DNA of 64,000 nucleotides from Camelus dromedarius. Lineage: Eukaryota. Positions 11,288 through 22,300 of the stretch are shown here, one piece after another. Where the stretch lies: contig NC_087437.1 in assembly GCF_036321535.1 (NCBI RefSeq), forward strand, positions 115,384,001 through 115,448,000, given 5' to 3'. Position 1 is the stretch's first letter; each line of letters starts with the position of its first letter. Under the pieces are notes generated by a model. The model worked only from the letters and a program-made list of their open reading frames with translations, was not told where the DNA came from and did not search any database. A program made the translations under genes and the position numbers.

Positions 11288-13244
11288 GTGAGTGTTGTGC
11301 GCAGGATTGCAGCGTTGGTTGTTCTTTTAATGAAGAACAAGAAGGAAACAAATTGTTAATCCGTGACTAAGCCCCATTCTTTGCATTTCTAGACCGAATT
11401 TATTTGATCTCAAAATTAGAGACCAAGTGTAGATGGAGAGTTAGGTGTAGTTTGGTTAAACAGGCGAGGCTGAATGGCGAGGCTGTCCCTCCACTTGGGC
11501 GAACGCCTCGGAGCCCTTGCACACAGTGACAAGAAGAGCTGTGACCACACTGTAGGCACTGGGCCTGTCAGTGGTCAGGTACTTTCATATTTTATACCAA
11601 GTGTGAATAGCTGGGAAAACTGGTTTTTGGATAATTTTCTTCTGTGTGACCACGGGCTTTAGAATCATGCAGACTTGGCCATCACTTAATAACACCGTGA
11701 GCTCGGCTCATACCTGCTTGTTCAGGTTGTTGCCTGGATGAAGCCCAGCGGCAGGGCTGCCAGGGCCAGGCGCTGTGCCTGGGAAAGGCTGGATGCTTTC
11801 CTTTCCTCTCCCCTCAGGTGTCTGGGGGAACGGCTGTGGGGGGGCACAGTGGAATCAGCTAGATTTACCTTTAATTTGATATACTGATGTAAGTATATTG
11901 TCCTTTTAGACAAGAATGTTACATTAACATAGAACTTTTTATAAAAGATTATTATATTTATGTTCTCAGTTGATAAGGCATTATAATTGCCTTTATGTTA
12001 TAAATGAGGAAACCAAGGCATGGATGACTGACTGATGCATCTTGCCAGTGTTCCTTCATTTGAGTTGAGTGTGCAGCGTGTATTCCCCGTCCTCGCCACA
12101 CTGACCAGCTCCTGCTGGGGACCATGCAGTGGGGACTGAACATGTGGTTGAAAGAGAGGCCGTCACCTGGGTGGCTCAGGGCCATGGGCTCCAAGTTGAA
12201 TTCTGGTGCAGAGAACGTTTTTCCCCTTTTGTCCAACTATAGTGTCAGAGTTTAGGTGAAATCAACTGTAGAAGAGCGGCAGGCTCCATGGCAGAGCCAG
12301 CAGTGCAGGACTGCACACGGAGTGCTGGTTTGCTGACTGGAGCTAGGCATTGACTCTTCTTGTGAACTCTGTTTTTATCCCTCTCGGACGTTTCCTGCAA
12401 GGCCCGGCTGGAGTCCCTTCCTCCCTCAGACGTGTCCCTGCTGGTCACGTGCTCTGTGGTCCAGCAACTGGGCCGACCTCTCAGGATTCCCGCTGGTGTG
12501 TGGGTGTTCATGTGTATGGCTCCTCAGTGTGTGTGGCGGGGCGCCCCGAGATAGGCCATAATCATCTTTCAAGGAGAGATCCATTTCTGCTTCGCAGCTG
12601 ATGTTGATAGTAATAAAGGTGTAAAACCTGACTTATAAGTAAAACAGGTATCCAAAGCTATGTATTAATTTGCTAATCATAGTAAGTTTTTTAAAAATTA
12701 AAAGTAATTTTCTTTATATTTTTTAAATACAAAAGTAATATGGTTCATAATAGAGTATACAAATAAAAAAACCATATAAAGGACCCCAAAACCCACCCTC
12801 TGAGGGTAACCAGTAACCAGTATCATCTCACTGGAATACATTTTTTAAACTCTTTTGTATGTGTGTGTATGTGTGAATTTAGTCAACATTGTACATGTAT
12901 TTGTATCCCCCCCCCTTTTTTTAACTTAAATATATATTGTGCCTATCTTTCCAGGCTAGGAAATAATCAAGTTAACTGGGTTTTCCCGAACTTTGCAGAG
13001 GCCTTAACCTGCCCTTCCCCAGGGCTGACGCCTTCATTTCTTCCCAGACGCTTCCATCGGGGGCTGCAGAGAGGGATGAGAGCACCTCATGCCACCACAT
13101 CTGCCCCATCGCTGCCCAAGCAGCGGCAGTGCCCTGGGAAGGACAGAAAGCTGGACAGAAAACCCCATTCAGCAGTTCAGGGTCTTCAGAGCCTTCAGGC
13201 ACCTCCCCTAGCTCTCCTCCCTGACCTTAATCCAGTGTGAGGGC

Positions 13245-13570
13245 TGCATTCATTCATTCGTTTGACAGTCTATGCACATCAGTTTGGAGCCAGGTTCCTT
13301 GCCAGCTGCTAAGGACACATATAATAAACAAGGCTCATTCCCTGCCTCCAGGGTGCTGAGAGTTACAGGGGAGTGAGAGTCGAAGTCGGTGATGCGGGTA
13401 GCCTGGGGAAAGCGCTGTGAGCGGTAGGGAGGACTTTGTGCCTGGTCCGCTTCTGCTTCACACAGAAAGCGCCGTCTGTGCTCACCAGACTGTGAGCTGC
13501 CGGGGCCAGAAGCCCTGCCGTTCACCCCGCGCCCCGCGCAATCCCTGACGCTGGATGTTTGCTGAATGAG
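13245..13570. mobile_element. L2 3'-end fragments
   Basis: cattcattcattcg tail, ccctgcctccagggtgct, ccagactgtgagct and gtttgctgaatga. Confidence 0.5.
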
Positions 13571-14214
13571 CCATCAGTTTGTTTTGTTTTGATTTGTACA
13601 AGTAATCCACATTCACAGAAACTTTAGAAAAACAGCAAAGAAAAAAGTTAAATCTGTCAACCAAAAGGAGCCAGTAACCACTGTTAACATTTTACATCTT
13701 TCCAGATGCTTTTCTAGGCCTCTCTATATACACATTTTTTTTATTTTTAAAAAATTGAGTTATATAAGCACATGATGCTGTTTGTAAACTACTTTTATTC
13801 AGAGAGCTTTTGTAACCAATGTTCTGTGTCAGGGATTATGGATCTCCATCGTGATTTTAATCAGCCCCGTGATGATCCATAGTGTAGACGTGTCATCTGT
13901 GTTACTGTCCCCAGCTGTTACTTATCTAACTTGTAATGTTCAGGTGGTACCATGCTTTGTAAGGAATGGGATGGGATAAGTGAGTATTTGTAGTGTTTTA
14001 ACTGGAAACATATTAACCATATAAAACTTTTTTCTCTGAGAAAATTAAAACTATTTTTTTCCCTAAGAAATGTTATTAAAAAGTCTGCTTAGTTATAATT
14101 GGAAATATTTGCCACCTTAGCTGCAAAAGTGTTTGAAAGCCACTTTTAGAAGAGCTCACGTAGTAGAAAGAAGTTTAGTTACTCTTTATTATCGGGATAT
14201 GTTTATTTCCACAG

Positions 14215-14307
14215 GTGTCCGGTGCAAATTCCTGTGAAATATGCCACGAAGTATTCAAATCCAAAAACGTGCGTGTGCTGGAATGTGGGCACAAGTGTCA
14301 CAAAGGG
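14215..14307 (+). CDS. TTC3: TTC3 coding exon, N-terminal half of the RING-H2 finger (VSGANSCEICHEVFKSKNVRVLECGHKCHKG)
   Basis: ttccacag acceptor and GGG|gtgagg donor. 31 codons with the C-x2-C ... C-x-H-x2-H pattern. Confidence 0.96.
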
Positions 14308-15408
14308 GTGAGGACTTCTCTCTTGGCCCTCGTCATGTCGTGCATTGTGACTGGGGTGTTTTGAAAATGCTGAGGGCTTTTTCCCTAGGCTTCAATACTG
14401 CGTTTTCAAAGCATTTTCTTTATAAGTGATCATTGTCTGCCCTTCCAGAGGTCGGTGCTGTGGAGGGGAGCAGATTCCTGGCCCCTTGGTGTGCACCCTG
14501 CGCACTGGCCTCTCCTCCACTCAGTGTCATGGGTGGAAAAGAGCAGTTGGCTCCATCAGCGCTGTTGGTGCTGAAATTCAAAGCAATATTAGTTCCTTAA
14601 AAGTTGATTTCTTACACACATGGCCGAACAAATATATAGTGCCACAGTTTGTTAATTTAGTTAAGTATGTGAAGTCAGTGTAACATTTTAGAAGAGAAAA
14701 ACTAAGCCTAACTGGGTCCATTTTGCCCGATTCTGGGAGATTCTGGTTTGTACCCTTCCAGGATTTGTGTTAACTGTTTTGGTGTCTTGGGTGCTGTGAG
14801 CATGCGTCCTGCACCCCTGCTGTTGGGTTAGGGCAGGTCAGGTCTCTGCCCTGTCAGTTTATGAACCCCTGAGAAAAGGAGGACACACTGTACACTCCCT
14901 GGACGGTGTCAAGACGGCCTGCAGTCTCTCGCGGGGCCTGCCCCCTTCCCGTGTACCGGCGTCCTTCCCGGGCTCTCTGACTTTGCACACACACTCGGCT
15001 CTGTAGCAGCAGCCGGCCAGCCAGGGGCAGCTAGGGAGCACACTGCGTAGACAGGCTCCAGTCAGGGCTGTGTGGTGTCCAGGTTGTGGGGGCAAGGAGA
15101 AGGCAGACGAGCCCAAGGACAAAGAAGGTGCCAGCCTCTATAGAGAAGCCAGGGCAGCTGAGCGCTGAGGCTGGAACGGAGTGAGGGGAGGGGGAAGGTG
15201 AGGCCGTGCCCTAAGTAGTCACGGTCACGTTCTGAGGTGAGATTTGTCCCTGGGGCTTGGTCCACACTCCTCACCTGAGCAGGCTCTGGTGTCCCTGAGT
15301 GCTGGGCGGCTCCAGGCCCCACCAGCCATGTCTGCAGCGGAGAGGGAGGGGAACTAAGGTGCCACGTGCTCCCAAAGGCATTGACTGATGGCGTTCTCTC
15401 CGTTTCAG

Positions 15409-15483
15409 TGCTTCAAGCAGTGGCTTAAGGGGCAGAGTACTTGCCCGGCCTGCCTGGACCGTGATCTCCTGTCAGAAGAGTAG
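15409..15483 (+). CDS. TTC3: TTC3 last coding exon (CFKQWLKGQSTCPACLDRDLLSEE*)
   Basis: cgtttcag acceptor. Completes the RING-H2 (C-x3-W...CPAC). TAG at 15481-15483. Confidence 0.96.
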   Translation, partial: CFKQWLKGQSTCPACLDRDLLSEE

Positions 15484-18000
15484 CCCGCCCTCTGGAGGAG
15501 GCCCACCTGCTGTCCTAGGTAGTTACAGCTCACTAAGGAGTGGGTACTGGTTTGTTGGGTTGGAAGAATAACCATACACTACCCTTGGTATAAGGACAAA
15601 CATTTGAGGATTCTTTGCACTGTGTGTCACAGTGCTAGTAGATGAAATCTTTAATATAGTTGAGAGTAAGAAATCTCCCAGCTCTGATTAAACCCTTCAG
15701 TGACAGCCCAGGGGTGACTGGTAGAGTTACACATCACCACGCCCTCCCATTGCTGGGCTGCGGAGGAGCTCTGTGGGCTGGAAGGAAAGCATGGTGAGTG
15801 CCTCAAAGCAAGACTTGAATTATAAGTATTCTCGACTTACTAAAGTGCCCCAGGTTAACATTTTTATGAGACAGTATTCCTGAACATAGACTACATTTTC
15901 CCTCAGAGATTCTGCATTTTAAAAAGTGGGCTTAAGCAAACTGCATTTTAGTAAGTTGTAGTTAATGTCAAAATACTGGCTTAGACCAAAAGATTCAAAT
16001 CTCTTCTTCACTTGACTTTGATTTTTCAATTTGTTGTTTTACTTCTCCGCAGCAGATTTGTAAGTGCTTATTTTTCATCTTCTAAAGACATAGTGGCTTT
16101 GGCAAATAGCATTAGCCAAGACTTTTTCTTAACTCCTAAAATCAAGGCTGCATATTCATCAGCCCAATCCCACGTTTGGAACTTATTCTTTGAACACCTA
16201 ACTGTTCTCATTAGTGACGTTTGTCCCTCTTTATAAGTTACACAAGTGTTTGGATGTCTGGCGAGCACACAGGTCACCATCTTTCCCTTCCCTTATCCAC
16301 CACCAAGAAGAGACACCTGTGTGACTAGACAGGCCCAACATGTCCCTGTACAGTCGTTCCGCGTTTAAATCTGTGTAAAGTGATGCATGCGCTCTCGTGC
16401 TGTGACCTGAGAGCACAACTGTGACTCATTAGAGACTTAGAAACATATTCTCCTTAGTGACCTGTAGGCAGTAGTAAACGTAGAAACATGAGCTCTGGAC
16501 ACATTCCATTTCTCTCAAACAGGAAGGATCAACAAATGTTTCTCAGTGTGTTCTTTGTTCCCCCCAGAAGCTCTCAGTCCCAAGTTCATGAGCTGATTTG
16601 GTCGCTTTCCTCTGCTTTGGTTCCCCGTGAGTTTTGATGTCTTGGTGACTTGGTCCATAGTTCACTCTGTATTTTGAATCAGGTCCCTAAAACATTGTCT
16701 GCATGTTCATAATAACTGCGAACTGTAACTAGTAAGATACATAGGGAGGGGTTTGCTGCAGCAGGTACAGAGGGAGAGGAGCAGCTGCAGGGTGAGCACG
16801 TGTTCTGTGCATAACTTCAGGCACATCCTTGTGAACGCACCTTCCACATGTCACGTCTGAATAAAGAGCATTCTGAACTAACGTCAGTTCACCGCTGTGC
16901 TTACTCATTCTTTGTCAGGTAGTTTTAAAGTTCGTTCTCCTTGAAAATTCAGTACACATACATGATGCTAACATTTTAAAAAATGACTTCACTTGGAAAG
17001 AAGGACCGTGATACATCTGAGGAGTCTAACCAGAGGATCTCAGGACATTTTAGAGCCTGGATCAAAACATCCTTTGTGCCTAATAGAGGGCTGAACTCAA
17101 GTTCGCAAGATTGGCTGTTTAAATTTTCAAATGGAAAGTGTATATACAGAGATGATACAGTTTACTGTTGTAATCTAGAATAAGAGATTTTTCATGTGAA
17201 CACATGTGAGAATGTTAACCAAATTGCATTCTTCATTATTGATTTTTTTTTTTTTTTTAAGAACTTGTGGATGGTTAGCAGACATCTGGTCCACACCAAG
17301 GTGTCCTTGATATTTGGTCCTGTCCAGAGCCATTCGGCATGGATCAGATATGCTCATAGATGTTTTAGACTGAACCAGATTTTAAGGACCTTTTGGTTCT
17401 TGCGGATTCATGGACTACTGAGGGTTTCCTTTCAGAGGACCTTCTGGCTATGCTGAGCACCAGGAGATTGACAAAAGCCAGTATTATCCATCTGTGTCTT
17501 TAATCTGATAGCATTTAATTTCAAATAACGTATAACTTAAAATAATGACTATTCCCTAAAAGTTGAGAGTATTTTCTCTGTGGAAAAGTTTATGCTATAA
17601 ATAACGCAAAATCTAATATGAAGTTGAAACGGTACCCCAGCAATGCAAAATGTTACTACGTTTTTAAGGTAATTTCAAAGACTATAGTGGAAGCAGGTGG
17701 GCAAAGTGATCACCACAGAACTGAAGCACTGAAATTACTTTAGGTAGTTTTCCAACCAGATGACCCTCCCTGGGGAAATGGATTAAAGGAAGAAGAGACC
17801 ATAGCAAGGGTGGAAATTCCTTTTATCAACACATGAAGTGCTTGCTGATGAAGCTGAGCAAAAGCAAAGACACTGTGAAGTGGATGGGAGCCTTGTCAGA
17901 ATGCAGAGCGTCTCCACTGTGACCCTCATGAAAGAAACAGGAAATACATTTCAGATTTTTAACTTCAATCAAACCTGATTAATAAATATTAATCATCAAA
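15484..18000 (+). other. TTC3: Probable TTC3 3' UTR; true end uncertain
   Basis: Repeat-poor sequence after the stop, with AATAAA hexamers at 16860-16865 and 17981-17986. The cleavage site cannot be fixed from sequence alone. Confidence 0.5.
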
Positions 18001-18899
18001 CTTCATTAAAATAATAATTGTAAGAATGGATCATCGATCATATCTAATCTCTTTCTGTTTTCTCCTCTTGATTTTGACGTGATCTGCTCAGGACACGTCG
18101 CCTTTGTGTACCCATGTACCTGCAGTGCTTTGCTGAGAAGGATGGGCAGCCCCGGACACCAGTGAAAGCAAGCGTGTACTGTGCACCCACCCTGGGCTTG
18201 ACACAGCAGTGAGAGAGAGACAGGGGCTCTATGAAACTTGTCTTCCAGTTACAGGCAGTAAACAGGTTTATAATGTAAGTTCAGGTGGTGGGAATGGCTT
18301 TGAAGTGGCAAGGAAGTTACATGGATTAATAATAAAGTTCGCATGAAGTGTTTTGAGTAGTGCCTGGTGCACAAGGGGGGCTTGTGAAGGGGGGCTTGCA
18401 GTTGTTCTGAGATCAGTACCCCTGGGCGTTGCACGGGGAGGGAGCTTGGGGGCCCTGCACAAGGAAGCTTTGTTAGATTAGGAAGTAGGTTTCCTCAGTG
18501 TAGCCCAGCCTGTCATCAAGTGGAGAAAGGAGCGAGAAGAAATTAAATCACCTCAAAGTCATTTTGAAAACAGCAACTTCCTGAAATCTCACTTGAGTTG
18601 ACTTCGGTGACATTGTGATTCTGTAGCAAAGAATACGTTCACCTTGGCTTTCCAACATTACCTGGATGAGCAATTGAGGTGGGTTTTCTGTTTAGTTTGG
18701 GTTTAGGATCAGAGCTCTGTGCTTTGCACACTTGGGGGTCTGTACTGAAGCATGGGCAAGGCCTGCCTCGTGAAGGAGTGTGTGACCCCAGCTCGATGGT
18801 TTGGGGTGACGATTGTTCCTGTTACCATTACTCCAGTTTACACTGTCTCTCCCTATTTACCCTGAGGTGAAAAGAAAAGAAAGAAAACATTCAGCAAAA

Positions 18900-19965
18900 A
18901 TCCAGCAGCACTAGTAAACTACAAAATCCTAATGGGACAACCGTGAATAATCAGAAAAATGGTTTTAACCACATCAAGAATAGTAATTTTGGATACACAT
19001 ATGAAAACAAATGAACCTTGACCTCGCACCGTACACAAACATCGATTCCAAATGGATCATGGTCCTAAACATGAAAAGTAAAATAGTAAAGCTTCCACAG
19101 AAAGCACAGATAATCTCCTTGGCCTTGGTATAGGCAAAAGTTTGTTAGGACATAAAAAACACTAAAGCATTAACCATAAAGCTAAAGATCTTACAGATTA
19201 CAATTAAGAATTCTGTATCTTACAATAGCCTATAATGGAAAAGAGAAAAAATACATAACATATAACTGAATCACTGTTGTATACTTGAAACTAACACAAC
19301 ATTGTAATCAACTATATTTCAATTAAAAACTATCGAGTTAAGCCATGAAGTAGAATACATTTGCAGTACTTTTAAAGGCTCCAGAGTATGTAATGAAATG
19401 GTACATACCAGTAAGAAAAGATGATGTATTTAGAAATGAGCAAAAGGTTTGAGTAAGTTCTTCACAAACATCCAGATGTTTAGTAGGCATTTTGATAGTC
19501 AAATCTGTTCAGCGTCCGTCATCAGTGAAATAGAAATCAAAATCGGTGTGACACTACAGACACCCACCAGAATGGCTAAAATAGAAAACAGACTGCTGGC
19601 TAATCCTGTACTACTCCATGCCACAGCCCCACCCCTGGGCGTACACTTAGCAGAAGTGTGTGCAGTATTTTGCACTGACTTCACTCATAACAGCCTCAAA
19701 CTAGAAACAACCCAACTATCCATCAACAGTAGAACGGACAGATCGTGGCCTATGCACATGATGGAATAGTTCTCAGTAATGAAATGAAGGAACTTTGGCT
19801 TCAAAAACTACACAGGTGGTTCTCAACAACATAAAACTGAGCAAAAGCAGCCAAACGAAACAATTCCATTTCTGTGAATATCAAGAACTGGAAGCTGGTG
19901 GGAAAGGTCTGAATTGTTACCTCTGAGGTGATGGTGCTGACAGGGAAGGGCCACTGGAAATGTTA
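18900..19965 (+). mobile_element. Old L1M (ORF2 end and 3' UTR) relic; resumes at about 21379-21475 after a younger insertion
   Basis: L1 phrases: tccaaatggatc..cctaaac, ccaccagaatggctaaaat, aaactagaaacaacccaa. The 3' end caataaaa lies near 21470. Confidence 0.75.
19216..19329 (+). mobile_element. Short younger L1 3'-terminal fragment nested in the old L1M
   Basis: ataactgaatcactg...gaaactaacacaacattgtaatcaactata...aattaaaaa is a typical laurasiatherian L1 3' end. Confidence 0.65.
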
Positions 19966-19972
19966 TGTAATC

Positions 19973-21368
19973 TTTTTTTTTAATTGAAGTATGTTTGCTG
20001 TATGATATTACATAAGTTACAAATATACAGTATAGTGATTTACAATGTTTAAAGTTTATACTCCATTTATAGTTGTTAAAAAATACTGGCTATATTCCCT
20101 GTGTTGTACAGTTCATCCTTGTGGCTTATTTTACGCCTAATAGTTTGTACCTCTTACTCCCCATCCCTCCCCTCTCCCCACTGATAACCACTAGTTTGTT
20201 CTCTATACCTGTGAGTCTGCTTTTTTTTTTTTTTGTTATATTCACTAGTATATTTTAGATTCCACATGTAAGTGATATCATATAGTATTTGACTTTGACT
20301 TATTTCACTTAGCATAATGCCCTCCAGGTCCGTCCATGTTGCTGCAAATGGCAAAGTTCTGTTCTTTTTTATGACTGAGTAATATTCCATTGTGTGTGTA
20401 TGTGTGTGTGTGTGTTTGAATATATCACATCACATCTTCTTTGTCCATTTGTCTGCTGATAGACACTTAGGTTGCTTCCGTTTCTTGGCAGTTGTAAATA
20501 ATGCTGCCGTGAACATTGAGGTGCACGTATCTTTTCAGATTAGTCTTTTTGGTTTCTTTTGGATATATACCCAGGAGTGCAATTGTGGATCATATGTTAG
20601 TTCTGTTTTTAGTTTTTTGAGAAACCTCCATTCTGTTTTCCATAGTGGCTGCACCAATTTACATTCCTGCCAACAGTGTAGGAGGGTTTCATTTCCTCCA
20701 GATCCTCGTCAACATTTGTTATTTGTGGTCTTTTTGATAATAGCCATTCTGACAGGAATGAGGTGATATCTCATTGTGGCTTTGATTTGCATTTCCCTGA
20801 TGATTAGTGATGTTGAGCATCTTTCATGTACCTGTTGGCCATCTGCATTTGCTCTTTGGAAAAATGTCTTTGGTTCTTATGCCTGTTTTTTAATCAGGTG
20901 ATTTTTTTTTTTGATGTTGAGCTGTATGAGCTGTTTATATATGTTGGATGTTAATCCCTTTTTCTGTCCTATCATTTGCAAATGTTTTCTCCCGTTCAGT
21001 AGGTTGTCTTTTCGTTTTGTCAGCGGTTTCCTTTGCTGTGCAAAAGTTTTTAGATTTAATTAGGCCCCACTTAACCACTTATTTATTTTTGCTTATATTT
21101 CCTTTGCTTTAAGAGATGGATCCAAAAAAATACATTGCTGCAATTTATGTCAGAGAGTGTTCTGCTTCTGTTTTCTTCCAGGAGTTTTATAGTATTCGGT
21201 CTTACATTTAGGTCTTTAATCTATTTTAAGTTTATTTTTCTATATGGTGTTAGAGATTGTTCTGATTTCATTCATTTCCATGCAGCCATCCAGTTCTCCC
21301 AGCACCACTTACAGAAGAGACTGCCTTTTCTCCAGTGTGTACTCTTGCCTTCTTTGTCGTAGATTAAT
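19973..21368 (-). mobile_element. 5'-truncated LINE-1 with poly(A) and a 10-bp target-site duplication (TSD)
   Basis: Poly-T at 19973-19981. ORF 20154..20390 gives L1-like text (PFAATWTDLEGIMLSEISQ). TSD tgtaatcttt at 19966-19975 and 21369-21378. Confidence 0.92.
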
Positions 21369-21949
21369 TGTAATCTTTATCTGAGTAGTGCTTACCTGAA
21401 TCATTTGAAAAATTCATGGAGCTATACATTTAAAATGTGTGCACTTTCCTGTAGTTATTATTTTCAATAAAACTAAACCTCAAAAGTGAAAAGCAAGAAA
21501 AAGGTAGTAAACCTGGGCCCCTGAAGCATAGTGGTTATGTGGTCCCTGGCAAAGCTCGTGGGGCGGCGGGTCCATGTCTGTTCACATGTGTGTGCACACG
21601 GCCCTCACAGCTGTCACTCTGCGTTCCCCCCGGAGGCCGGGAGCTGACCTGAACGCCCCACCACATAACCTCCTTGGGTTGTGAGCTCCTGCAGGACCTT
21701 AACCAGCCAGCAGCTCGTTGAGAAGTCACTCTGTAGGGCAGTGAACACAGACGTGAGCCTGACGCCAGACTTGTGATTGCTGCTGAATCCAGAGGAAAAG
21801 GCAAAGACCACACTTTGCTAGGAAAGCAGTGCCAGTCATTCTGGCGTTGCCTGCTGCTAGCAAGGAGGACCCGGCCCTTTGCAAGAATCAGTGTGGCCAT
21901 TCTCCTTGGCACGGGTGAGGTCTGGGTTGTGGGAGTCTGCATCAAACTG

Positions 21950-22300
21950 GCCACAGTAACAAGAGCCAGTTGTTTCAATTTCAGGACTTTTGCGAGCTGG
22001 CTGTTAAACACAACTACTATTGAAAATTGAATTATATAAGCTTACAAATAAATTGTATTTTTTAAAAAAGGCAATTACTTCCCAATTACTACAGTTTATT
22101 ATCATCCATACTTCTGCAGGTCAGATGCATAGTGTCTGTATGGTGGAAATACTGTGTAATGGGATTCTCTGTATCTCTTCCCAGTTCTGTTCAGTGGTGT
22201 CACATAAAATTACATAGGTGTCACATACGTGGCTTGAAACTGGCTGTGGTGGGAGTATTTATACCACAGAAATCAGCAAACGCTACATATAAGCCCTACC
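21950..22300. mobile_element. MER63-like hAT DNA transposon relic
   Basis: gcttgaaactggctgtggtgggagtatttataccacagaaatcagcaaacgctaca resembles the MER63 consensus as remembered. Confidence 0.6.
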
